Notes under the pieces: generated by a model | The model's database searches: none | The model's input: the letters and a program-made list of their open reading frames with translations, nothing else | Told to the model about the DNA's origin: nothing | Translations under genes and position numbers: made by a program | Part shown: in pieces, positions 1-7,482 of the stretch | Position numbering within the stretch: position 1 is the stretch's first letter | Layout of the letters: every line of letters starts with the position of its first letter | NCBI GenBank assembly: GCA_041494705.1 | Contig: JBGQBI010000003.1 | Location: 120,001 to 152,000, forward strand | Origin: Candidatus Methanoperedens sp. | GTDB lineage: Archaea > Halobacteriota > Methanosarcinia > Methanosarcinales > Methanoperedenaceae | DNA length: 32,000 nt | Direction of reading: 5' to 3'

Positions 1-678
1 TGCAAACTCATACCATGTGCATATGCCGCTGTTGGCTACATGATATATCCCGAAGGGTAACATTCTCGAATGGACATTCTTTATCATACTGGCTGCATCT
101 TTTGTATAGGTCGGGGACATTATCATATCATCCACAACTTTAATTTCTTCGTTGTTGTGCGCTTTTTTTATCATTGTCTCAACGAAATTTCCACCCTTGC
201 CGCTTGCTCCAGCGGCCCCAAACAGACTGGAGGAACGTATGATATAGTGGTTTTCAAACGTATTTCTGACAAAATATTCACCTGCGAGTTTGCTGTTCCC
301 ATACACATTTAATGGATTCGGGATATCGTTTTCAATATAAGGTTCTTTTTTCCTGCCATCAAAGACATAATCAGTACTTATATGCATCAAAATTGCATTC
401 AAATCTTTAGAGATTAGCGCGATGTTTCTTGCACCCAGCGCATTTACTGCAAAAGCCCTGTCAGCAAAATCTTCTGCATCATCCACCCTCACATAAGCCG
501 CGCAGTTGATTACAACATCAGGCTGTATTTTTTTTAAGATTTCCATCGACGTTTTAAAATCAGTAACATCGATATCTGCATGAGTCAGGGGGGTAATTTC
601 GTCTTTGTTTTCAAATACCCTTACAAGGTCAAAACCCAGTTGCCCGTTCGCCCCGATTACAGCAATTTTTATGACCAG
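1..678 (-). CDS. rmlD: dTDP-4-dehydrorhamnose reductase (RmlD/RfbD), N-terminal ~225 codons; the 3' end lies beyond the left window edge
   Basis: My own translation of the minus strand from ~675 downwards reads VIKIAVIGANGQLGFDLVRVF...INCAAYVRVDDAEDF...STDYVFDG...PLNVYGNSKLAGE. This contains the GxxGxxG Rossmann motif and the STDYVFDG / YGxSK catalytic region typical of RmlD. It is absent from the ORF track because there is no in-window stop and no ATG/GTG/TTG start. The start codon is unresolved (see findings). Confidence 0.8.
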   Translation of the reverse strand, partial: MVIKIAVIGANGQLGFDLVRVFENKDEITPLTHADIDVTDFKTSMEILKKIQPDVVINCAAYVRVDDAEDFADRAFAVNALGARNIALISKDLNAILMHISTDYVFDGRKKEPYIENDIPNPLNVYGNSKLAGEYFVRNTFENHYIIRSSSLFGAAGASGKGGNFVETMIKKAHNNEEIKVVDDMIMSPTYTKDAASMIKNVHSRMLPFGIYHVANSGICTWYEFA

Positions 679-709
679 AACCCCCTGTTCTCTCTTGCAA
701 GTCTCTCCT

Positions 710-1195
710 TCATGGCTCGTCCACCTTAAAAGGACTATTCTCCATGCCTTCGTATCTTATTTCGTCCACGGTTTCTTTCTTCCCCCAGCCTGCATAGAGT
801 TTATTGGGGAGATTTATTATCAGACCCGGTTTGTCTCCAACATTTTTATAAGCGTGCACTATCCCCGGAGGAACTAATACGATTTTATGTCCATTTTGAC
901 TAATGTCTAAAATCATTTTGTTTTTATATGTTGAAGAATTTTTTCTGTTATCCCATAGTATTAACTTAAAGTCCGAAGGACCTAAAAAACAAAAAAAATC
1001 CGTTTGTTCCAGATGCTCGTGAGGTCCTCTCGCAACCCCGGGGTAAGTCAGCGATATGTAGGACATCACAGGAAAAATATCTTCACCAATCATATCTTTC
1101 CTGAAAAGTTCTATAAGCCAGCCCCTGTCGTCTTCATATTTAATCAAATTTTTTATAATAATGTCGTTAATTTTCCCGTCTTTGAAACCGCTCAT
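710..1195 (-). CDS. rmlC: RmlC-family cupin, probable dTDP-4-dehydrorhamnose 3,5-epimerase (short form, 161 aa)
   Basis: The motifs DDRGWLIELF, ARGPHEH and ILWDNRKNSSTYKNK, and the PPGIVHAY strand, match the RmlC pattern (D.RG.F.E, RG.H.Q, D.R..S.TyG, P.G.aHG). It sits between rmlA and rmlD homologs. Confidence 0.7.
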   Translation of the reverse strand: MSGFKDGKINDIIIKNLIKYEDDRGWLIELFRKDMIGEDIFPVMSYISLTYPGVARGPHEHLEQTDFFCFLGPSDFKLILWDNRKNSSTYKNKMILDISQNGHKIVLVPPGIVHAYKNVGDKPGLIINLPNKLYAGWGKKETVDEIRYEGMENSPFKVDEP

Positions 1196-1201
1196 AAAGG
1201 G

Positions 1202-1483
1202 TTACGCCCCTTTATAACGTCCCGAGTCACGTCTCGGGAGGACGTGTCCACGTATGCCGAAGGCATACGTGTTGTCTTTGCTAAAGGTTTCAAAAAAGCG
1301 ACACCTCGCTTTATGCGGTATCCACGTAAACCGATACCCCGGTTTACGTGGTGTTGGGGTATGCTTTGCATACCCCTCGTTTGATAAACCTTTCTTAAAG
1401 GTTTGCGTATGCCTGTGGGCATACGTGTCTGCGAAGTAAAGCGGCACAACGGTTTTTGATAAAACTTTCTTAAAGTTTTTCAT
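1202..1483 (-). CDS. Doubtful 93-aa basic ORF that exactly fills the rmlA-rmlC gap; alternatively non-coding (palindrome cluster)
   Basis: Its ATG (1483..1481) overlaps the rmlA TGA as ATGA, and its stop lies 6 nt before the rmlC ATG. However, the region is built of perfect palindromes and is open in 4 of 6 frames, which is what palindromic DNA produces. The peptide is K/R/H-rich with repeated xYAxxH units that mirror the hairpin arms. Confidence 0.25.
   Translation of the reverse strand: MKNFKKVLSKTVVPLYFADTYAHRHTQTFKKGLSNEGYAKHTPTPRKPGYRFTWIPHKARCRFFETFSKDNTYAFGIRGHVLPRRDSGRYKGA
1217..1479. repeat. Cluster of at least 7 perfect short hairpins (REP/BIME-like or structured RNA) between rmlA and rmlC
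   Basis: Stems read directly from the sequence:
- TCCCGAG/CTCGGGA, 1220-1239
- CACGTATGCC/GGCATACGTG, 1249-1271
- CCACGTAAACCG/CGGTTTACGTGG, 1322-1351
- GGGGTATGC/GCATACCCC, 1356-1376
- AAACCTTT/AAAGGTTT, 1386-1404
- CGTATGCC/GGCATACG, 1406-1425
- AAAACTTT/AAAGTTTT, 1461-1479
The 25-nt unit TTTGATAAAsCTTTCTTAAAGkTTT occurs twice (1380-1404 and 1455-1479). Confidence 0.85.
1291..1310 (-). terminator. Weak intrinsic-terminator-like element (5-bp stem plus T5-6) inside the hairpin cluster
   Basis: The minus strand reads AGCGA-GGTG-TCGCT followed by TTTTTG. The short stem means low confidence. An oligo-T run alone can terminate archaeal transcription. Confidence 0.3.
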
Positions 1484-2553
1484 ACCTCTATCTCCGAATA
1501 GTCCCCTATCATCAGTTTCAATGCTTTATGACTGTTATTTTTTAAAACTTTTACATCTTTTCCGATCAGGCTGTCCTCCAATCTTTCTATTCCCCTTACC
1601 TGCGCGTTGTCGAGAATAACACAATGCTCGATGGATGAATCAACAATTTGGGTATTGTTCCCGATACTGGTATAAGGACCTATGAAAGAGTTCACGATAT
1701 GCGAGTTCTCACCTATTGCCACAGGACCTCTAATAATACTGTTTTCAACAACAGCGCCCCTGTCAATTTTTACTCGTCCTGTCACCCTTGTTTTATCATC
1801 AAGACTCCCGCATATTTCAGTTTTAACATATTCATCCAGAATTATGCTGTTTGCTGTGAGGATGTCGTCTTTTTTTCCAGTATCAAGCCACCAGGATTTG
1901 AGAATTTCACTTTTTACTTTGCAGCCCATGTTGATTAATTCCTGTATGGCATCCGTGATTTCAAGTTCGTTGCGCGAGGATGGTTTTATCCTATCAATAG
2001 CATCATGTATTCTTGGGGAGAATATGTATACTCCAACCAGGGCTAAATTGCTGGGCGGCTGCTTTGGCTTCTCTATAAGTTTGACCACATTTCCCTTGTC
2101 GTCCAAAACCGCCACGCCAAAGGCGGTTGGATTTTCAACTTCTTTTAATAAAATTAATGCATCCAGTTTTTCCATGTTGAATTTATCCACAAGCCTTTTT
2201 ATCCCCTCTCCAAGCAGGTTATCTCCCAGGCACATTACAAAGGGTTCATCTTCCAGGAAGTTCCTTGCAGTTTTTACAGCATGTGCTAAGCCAAGGGGCT
2301 CCTGCAGCATGTATGTGACATTTATTCCCCATGCAGAACCGTCTTTTACATAGTCCTTAACATATTGCCCGGTTTCGTGCGCGATAATTATTGCGGTATC
2401 TTCTATTCCAGCCCGGGAAGTCTGGTCAAGGACATAACCAAGAATAGGTTTGTTAGCCACTGGAATGAGCTGCTTTGCTGTTGTAAATGTTAAGGGTCTT
2501 AGCCTTGTCCCCTTGCCACCGCTTAATATTAAAGCTTTCAATCTAACCATCAC
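1480..2553 (-). CDS. rmlA: Glucose-1-phosphate thymidylyltransferase, long form (N-terminal nucleotidyltransferase plus C-terminal left-handed beta-helix)
   Basis: The N-terminus KALILSGGKGTRLRPLTFTTAKQLIPVANKPIL carries the G-G-x-G-T-R-L-x-P-x-T sugar-nucleotidyltransferase signature. The ~357 aa length and the C-terminal hexapeptide-like repeats (IGENSHIVNSFIGPYTSIGNNTQIVDSSI) fit the long-form RmlA/StrD type. Confidence 0.85.
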   Translation of the reverse strand: MMVRLKALILSGGKGTRLRPLTFTTAKQLIPVANKPILGYVLDQTSRAGIEDTAIIIAHETGQYVKDYVKDGSAWGINVTYMLQEPLGLAHAVKTARNFLEDEPFVMCLGDNLLGEGIKRLVDKFNMEKLDALILLKEVENPTAFGVAVLDDKGNVVKLIEKPKQPPSNLALVGVYIFSPRIHDAIDRIKPSSRNELEITDAIQELINMGCKVKSEILKSWWLDTGKKDDILTANSIILDEYVKTEICGSLDDKTRVTGRVKIDRGAVVENSIIRGPVAIGENSHIVNSFIGPYTSIGNNTQIVDSSIEHCVILDNAQVRGIERLEDSLIGKDVKVLKNNSHKALKLMIGDYSEIEV

Positions 2554-2583
2554 TTCCTGTTGATGCTCTTTATTCTAAATAAG

Positions 2584-2604
2584 CATACCTGATTCGCAGG
2601 CATG
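2584..2604 (-). terminator. Hairpin followed by a U-rich tract downstream of the radical SAM gene (terminator/attenuator or RNA-stability element)
   Basis: The minus-strand RNA forms CAUGCCUG-CGAAU-CAGGUAUG (8 bp including one G-U pair) followed by CUUAUUUAG. It shares the GGTATGC core with the hairpins at 1249-1425. Confidence 0.3.
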
Positions 2605-2628
2605 ATATTTATTTTATCGCAAATGTTG

Positions 2629-4020
2629 TTAACGGAATGCGTTCTTCCCGTATCGAATGACAGCATCCAGATACCACATCATCTCAGTAAAAGACCCGGG
2701 GGACGTAATTAACTCGAATATTTTTTTTGGTCGGATGTAAAACTTTCTATATGCTTTTTTGCTATATTCCAATACATCATCCTTTTTTAGATTCCCGAAT
2801 TCAAAAAGCACATCCGTGTTGAAATAATCAGAAAGAATTCCCCCTTCCGTTGGTACTAAAAATCTCCCTTCAGCAGCTATCAGATCATAGAGGGCTGTAC
2901 CCGGGAAGGGAATCGTTATGTGGAACTGGGCTATATGAGGGTCCATCTCCAGGGCAAAATCTATGGTACTCTGCATGCTCTCACGCGTCTCATTGGGAAG
3001 CCCAAGCATAAAGAACCCATTGACTTTTATTCCCACTTCGCGTGCCCATCCAGCGACTTTCTTTACACGCTCAAGATCAAGATTTTTATTTATAATTTTC
3101 TGGATATTCGGGTCACCCGACTCGACTCCAATCCCTATCTGGAAAACACCGGCTCTCTCCAACTTTACAAGGAGTTCCTTTGTAACACTTTCTGCCCGGA
3201 GCCCGACATGGCAGGCAATTTCTATATTGAGGTTCTTTGATATAATCAAATCCGCAATCCTCATTGCCCTATCAGTATCCAGGGTAAAATTGTCATCAAC
3301 AATATCGAAATGCTTCACGCCGAATTCATTTGCCAGATACTCTATCTCAGCGATTACATTCTCCGGGGAGCGGGCTCTGAATCTTTTACCAAAAATATTC
3401 TTGTTGCAGTATATACACCCATATGGACAGCCGCGGGAAGTTATTATAGACGCTACCGGTTTTTTTCTCGCTCTTGTTGTATAGACTTTAAGGGCAGGGA
3501 AGAGGTGATAAGCAGGGAAGGGCAGGCTGTCAAGATCCTCTATCAGGGGGCGCGGCTGGTTACGAACAATCCCACCATCACACGGGAATGCAACACCATT
3601 AATTCCAGACCATTCCCGTTTCTCGACCAGTTCGAGCATTGTCATTTCACCCTCCCCTATAACTACAGCATCACATCCGGACTGTTTGAGAACATATTCA
3701 GGCATGGATGTCGGATATGGTCCCCCCATGACGATAGGGATACCTTCGGATCTCAAAAGGTTTGACAAATGTATTGCTGATTGCGCTTTGACAACGTTTG
3801 AATGGATTCCGATTATATCCGGCTCTAATTTTTTTATTTGTTCCGCCACGGTTTCATTTTTTAATTTCATGGCATTTGCATCTATTATCGTGCATTCATG
3901 CCCATTTTTTTCCAAAAAACTCCCTATGTATCCCAGCCCCAGGGGTGGAAGGAGCGTCACTGCATTTACCTTTTTCGCATAGTCGGGGTAAGGATTTACT
4001 AAAACGACACTCTTTGGCAC
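2629..4020 (-). CDS. B12-binding-domain radical SAM enzyme (class B type; possible methylase)
   Basis: It has the CxxxCxxC cluster motif GCPYGCIYC. The N-terminal Rossmann-like domain follows the class B pattern (VVLVNP...LPPLGLGYIGSFLEKNGHECTIIDAN...IVMGGPYPT...DAVVIGEGEMTMLELV). The C-terminal FFMLGLPNET...ITIPFPGT block is also present. Confidence 0.9.
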   Translation of the reverse strand: MPKSVVLVNPYPDYAKKVNAVTLLPPLGLGYIGSFLEKNGHECTIIDANAMKLKNETVAEQIKKLEPDIIGIHSNVVKAQSAIHLSNLLRSEGIPIVMGGPYPTSMPEYVLKQSGCDAVVIGEGEMTMLELVEKREWSGINGVAFPCDGGIVRNQPRPLIEDLDSLPFPAYHLFPALKVYTTRARKKPVASIITSRGCPYGCIYCNKNIFGKRFRARSPENVIAEIEYLANEFGVKHFDIVDDNFTLDTDRAMRIADLIISKNLNIEIACHVGLRAESVTKELLVKLERAGVFQIGIGVESGDPNIQKIINKNLDLERVKKVAGWAREVGIKVNGFFMLGLPNETRESMQSTIDFALEMDPHIAQFHITIPFPGTALYDLIAAEGRFLVPTEGGILSDYFNTDVLFEFGNLKKDDVLEYSKKAYRKFYIRPKKIFELITSPGSFTEMMWYLDAVIRYGKNAFR

Positions 4021-4024
4021 ATTC

Positions 4025-4777
4025 TCACAACCTATACTTCCCGGTCTTCTTCGCCACGCAGAAGAGCGAAACCCCTACTGGGAGTGATATACCTCCTTCG
4101 ATAATGCCCCTCTCCAGAGTCTGGACGCTTCCAAAAAGCCGACCTAATAAGGATGGCAGATCGGTGTAGAAGTCTGATACAGGCTCTCCATCTCTACAAA
4201 GTTTCCTTACCTTCCTGAATAGATAGACAGACGGCATAAGCAGAAAGGTCCAGTAAGTGATGCGCTCAATGGCAAAACCGCTCGCCTCCATTTTTCCTGC
4301 CAGCTCGGTTTTAGCGTACCTCCTCTGGTGGTGAAAAGCTTCGTCATGCGGGCTCCACAGGAGCATCAGTGCAGGGACAGTAACTATGAGACAACCCGTC
4401 TCTTTAATTACCCGATTGACCTCTTCCAGTGCCTTCCTGTCGTCCTTGAAGTGCTCGAAAGCATCCAGAGCGATAACCAGGTCAAAAACATTATCTTTGA
4501 AAGGCAATCTCATCGCATCGCCCCGGATAATACTGTCTATTCCTCTTTCCTTGCAGTACTTAATGCTCTCCCATGAAATGTCTATCCCGTACATTTTCCC
4601 GTAATTATCAAAGTTCTTAAAATTATTTCCGACTGCTGTCGCCAGGTCAAGAATCTTAAGATCTTTTTTATCACCGTATATTTTTTTTAAAGTATCCGCC
4701 ACGATGCAGGTTCTGGAACGATACCACCAGTCAGTTTCCTCAGTTTCATGCATCTTCTGGAACTCTTCGAATTTCAT
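4025..4777 (-). CDS. Class I SAM-dependent methyltransferase-like protein with an atypical motif I
   Basis: The Methyltransf_11/23-like core is present: ILDLATAVGNN (motif I position), MYGIDIS, DAMRLPFKDNVFDLVIALDAFEHF and LIVTVP. An SD-like GAAGGGAG lies upstream of the ATG. Confidence 0.75.
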   Translation of the reverse strand: MKFEEFQKMHETEETDWWYRSRTCIVADTLKKIYGDKKDLKILDLATAVGNNFKNFDNYGKMYGIDISWESIKYCKERGIDSIIRGDAMRLPFKDNVFDLVIALDAFEHFKDDRKALEEVNRVIKETGCLIVTVPALMLLWSPHDEAFHHQRRYAKTELAGKMEASGFAIERITYWTFLLMPSVYLFRKVRKLCRDGEPVSDFYTDLPSLLGRLFGSVQTLERGIIEGGISLPVGVSLFCVAKKTGKYRL

Positions 4778-4792
4778 GGTATAAATCTCCCT

Positions 4793-6412
4793 TCATCCAA
4801 TCTGCATTTTCGAAGGTAGTTCTTCTGGATTTGAACTATTCGCCAGATAAAACCGGCGGTTTTTTGGCGGAACTATAGGCTCATTTTTCGGCAATTTCAT
4901 GAACATGTAGGCTGGATTCGATGCATCGAATCGTTTACTTATCCACCAGAGGTAATTCAAGGCATAAGTACGACCATCCATGTCCCTGAACCCCATAAAA
5001 ACGTCAAGAATCAACACAGTCAATCGCGGGGGAAAGAAACGGAATGCTTTATATGATTTCGATTTAACTAATAATTTCCTTAAAAATGGGGGGAGAAGAA
5101 ACATCAGCCGATAAAATATCCTGAAGGAGTTCATCACTCTTAGCTTTTCTTTGCTCAAGCCTACCGAACCATCAACCATATATGTATCATGACAGCCATC
5201 TTCCAGACGGCCCACCTCTTTCTCATTAATCTGGTTATACTCCAATCCGTATCTGATTATGTCTGTCTGCGGCAGGTATTGCAGCATAAAAGATGAAACC
5301 CTGTAACAGTATTTTAGACCAGTCAGGAACTCGGCAAAACAAATGAGTTCCGATTCGGTTTGTCCGGGAAGTCCAAGGATATAATCCAGGGAATAGCGTA
5401 ACCTGTTTTTTTCTAAAAGATGTATAGCTTTATGAAACTGTTCGTCAGTCATGCTTCTATTGAGAATATGGTTTCTTATATGTTCATCATAGGACTCAAG
5501 ACCAAGCTGGACGACATCGCAACCGGCATTTTTTAGTGCAGAAACCGCCTCTTCGGTAATGAGCATCGGATGCCAGAAAATCCGGAAGGGGACGTTAATT
5601 TCTTTCTTATACTTATCGCAAAAATCAACAATCCAGCGGGTAGAAGCTGACATGACGCTGTGCCTGAAATCAATCCATTTGTATTTGTATAATTCCTTAT
5701 GGTATTTTAATTCGGCAATAACGGAATCTACAGACCTCTCACGGAAACGTTTTCCGCCAATTTTTTCCCATTCTTTAGCTTCAAATGACAATGAACAATA
5801 AGAGCAATTGAACGGGCAACCGCGGGCTATTACAGAAAGGTAATAGTTCCTTATTGGAACATGCCTTGCAAAAAGTTCCTTATCGACCATGGGAAGTTCA
5901 TCCAAGTTCGCAATCTGAGGGCGCTTAGGATTACGAATAATTTCTCCATCTGGCGTTTTGAACCACAGGTTTTTTATTTTAAAATCAATCTCTCCGCGTT
6001 CTATCGAGTTGCACAATTCCAGTAAGGCATATTCTCCTTCCCCGAGACATATAATATCAACCGGATCTTCACGGATAACTTTCTCCGGAACACTGTATGG
6101 ATGTATTCCACCAAAGATGATGGGTACATCGAGATATTTCTTGATTTCCCTCGCCATATCCAATGCCCACCGATATGTGGTAGTCATAACTGAAAAAGCA
6201 ACCAGATCCGGCTTAGATTCAATAACCTGGTGAAGGGCTCTCTTTTTCATATCAAATATTTTAGCAATTTTTGGGATACAAAGATAATTTTTATCGTCGA
6301 AGAGAGATTGGTCGTAAGCTAATGTAACCTCATGCCCATTTGCCTTCAATATAGCTGAAAGACACTGGACAGATATATTTTCCCAGCCCATAGCAACAAA
6401 AGTGCATCTCAT
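4793..6412 (-). CDS. B12-binding-domain radical SAM enzyme with a ~115-aa hydrophobic/basic C-terminal tail
   Basis: It has the CxxxCxxC motif GCPFNCSYC. The N-terminal B12-like domain reads LKANGHEVTLAYD...VPIIFGGIHPYSVPE...DIICLGEGEYALLEL. The tail (nt 4796-5140) contains FRIFYRLMFLLPPFLRKLL and LTVLILDVFMGF. Confidence 0.85.
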   Translation of the reverse strand: MRCTFVAMGWENISVQCLSAILKANGHEVTLAYDQSLFDDKNYLCIPKIAKIFDMKKRALHQVIESKPDLVAFSVMTTTYRWALDMAREIKKYLDVPIIFGGIHPYSVPEKVIREDPVDIICLGEGEYALLELCNSIERGEIDFKIKNLWFKTPDGEIIRNPKRPQIANLDELPMVDKELFARHVPIRNYYLSVIARGCPFNCSYCSLSFEAKEWEKIGGKRFRERSVDSVIAELKYHKELYKYKWIDFRHSVMSASTRWIVDFCDKYKKEINVPFRIFWHPMLITEEAVSALKNAGCDVVQLGLESYDEHIRNHILNRSMTDEQFHKAIHLLEKNRLRYSLDYILGLPGQTESELICFAEFLTGLKYCYRVSSFMLQYLPQTDIIRYGLEYNQINEKEVGRLEDGCHDTYMVDGSVGLSKEKLRVMNSFRIFYRLMFLLPPFLRKLLVKSKSYKAFRFFPPRLTVLILDVFMGFRDMDGRTYALNYLWWISKRFDASNPAYMFMKLPKNEPIVPPKNRRFYLANSSNPEELPSKMQIG

Positions 6413-6415
6413 TAT

Positions 6416-7369
6416 TTAAAATCCCCGTGTATCAGAATAACCATATTCTTTCCTAAAGGCATCATCCCAATTTAATATGACTTTATTCGGATGATTTGCA
6501 TCTTTCTTGCAATACTCCAACAGGCAGAATGGACGCTTTTTTGTATTAAATTGTTTAGCCATCCTTTTCCAGATGACTGCAAGCGGTTCTTTATAGATAT
6601 TGCCATAGACATCATGAATCCGGTCGCAAATCATTACATCCCCATCGTTTGTAACATAGATTTTTTCCACTCCTGCAGGACAGCGATTTTTTCCTGCCCA
6701 GAATATGTTGTCTTCTCTCACATATGGAAGATTCCGGTATTTCAGGTAAAATTCATTGTCAAGAGAGAATTTCATAGGAAAGTTATAAAGCACAAAAGAA
6801 TTCTCCTCTTTTGCTATCTGTATTGCATCTTCATTGAATTCATGTTCTTCTTTAATGGGAATTATACTGAGACAAATCGGGATTCTATTTTTGTGGGCAT
6901 ACTGGATTAATTCTCTCTTAAAATCTCCGATATAGTTGGATCCATAGCTGATTTGTATTGAAGTAACACCGGCATTTTTTACCATGTCTATTTTATCCTT
7001 AGTAAGGAGTTTTCCATTGGTTACAAGAGATATTATGACATCTTCGGGGATGGAAGAGATTACATCAAATATATCCTTTCTCAACAATGGTTCCCCGCCC
7101 GTGATATTCAGGTGTACCATTCCCATCTCCTTCGCCTGCAACACGATTTCTTTAATTTTTTCAAGAGGGATGTCTTTAGTATTACCTTCCTGCATCAAAT
7201 CATTTGCATAGCAGTATGTGCAATTATAATTACATCTCCATGTCACTGCCAGTTCAACGCTGCGTAACACGGGAATGCCAATCCGCATTTTTAATTCTGA
7301 CGTTAATACCCGGTAAAAAACGGCAGGGTTTTTTATAAAGCGAAACTGCATCAATAGTTTCTTAAACAT
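6416..7369 (-). CDS. Radical SAM enzyme with a SPASM/twitch-like C-terminal Cys cluster
   Basis: It has the motif WRCNYNCTYC, the GGEPLL SAM-binding motif, and the C-terminal Cys pattern RCPAG...MICDR...PFCLLEYC. The ORF track extends it to a TTG at 7453. I prefer the ATG at 7369 (MFKKLLMQ) because the extension is low-complexity (LYTYLY) and coincides with TATA-like repeats. Confidence 0.85.
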   Translation of the reverse strand: MFKKLLMQFRFIKNPAVFYRVLTSELKMRIGIPVLRSVELAVTWRCNYNCTYCYANDLMQEGNTKDIPLEKIKEIVLQAKEMGMVHLNITGGEPLLRKDIFDVISSIPEDVIISLVTNGKLLTKDKIDMVKNAGVTSIQISYGSNYIGDFKRELIQYAHKNRIPICLSIIPIKEEHEFNEDAIQIAKEENSFVLYNFPMKFSLDNEFYLKYRNLPYVREDNIFWAGKNRCPAGVEKIYVTNDGDVMICDRIHDVYGNIYKEPLAVIWKRMAKQFNTKKRPFCLLEYCKKDANHPNKVILNWDDAFRKEYGYSDTRGF

Positions 7370-7385
7370 GTTGGTCTTCTGAGGG

Positions 7386-7428
7386 ATAAGTAAGTATATA
7401 AATTTATCATATAAGTATGTATATAAAT
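7386..7428 (-). promoter_or_regulatory. Tandem 18-nt direct repeats, each carrying an archaeal-consensus TATA box (TTTATATA on the minus strand)
   Basis: ATAAGTAAGTATATAAAT (7386-7403) and ATAAGTATGTATATAAAT (7411-7428) match at 17 of 18 positions. The minus-strand TTTATATA at 7402..7395 is centred ~27 nt upstream of position ~7372, just before the ATG at 7369. No SD precedes that ATG. Confidence 0.35.
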
Positions 7429-7482
7429 ATGCCGTATAGTTAAGGATAATCAAATTTACAATTAAGTTCGATAAATGTCAGG

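Noticed and set aside
1210-1217. TTATAAAG TATA-like box 16-22 nt upstream of the rmlC ATG
   Set aside because: The spacing is too short for an archaeal TATA box, since the predicted TSS would fall downstream of the ATG at 1195. It is not convincing as a bacterial -10 either, because no usable leader or SD follows.
1004-1449. Additional ORFs over the hairpin cluster (1004..1384+, 1254..1439+, 1192..1449-)
   Set aside because: The open frames on both strands are a by-product of the GC-rich palindromes. Only the 1202..1483 minus ORF has gene-like boundaries, and it is kept as a low-confidence alternative.
1682-2353. Long antisense ORFs inside real genes (for example 70..312+, 1682..2353+, 2963..3484+, 3310..3765+, 6491..6910+, 13368..13827-, 14052..14348-, 25422..25823+)
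   Set aside because: Each lies fully within a longer opposite-strand ORF that has clear family motifs. Their translations are S/L/R/F-rich low-complexity sequences with no motifs, which is typical of shadow ORFs.
7370-7453. TTG-initiated N-terminal extensions proposed by the ORF track (7370-7453 for the SPASM radical SAM; 11147-11230 for the DPM1-like GT2; 12677-12694 for the small protein)
   Set aside because: The extensions are low-complexity and AT-rich, coincide with promoter-like repeats, and precede ATG codons that give family-typical N-termini. The longer coordinates are kept only where no better evidence exists.
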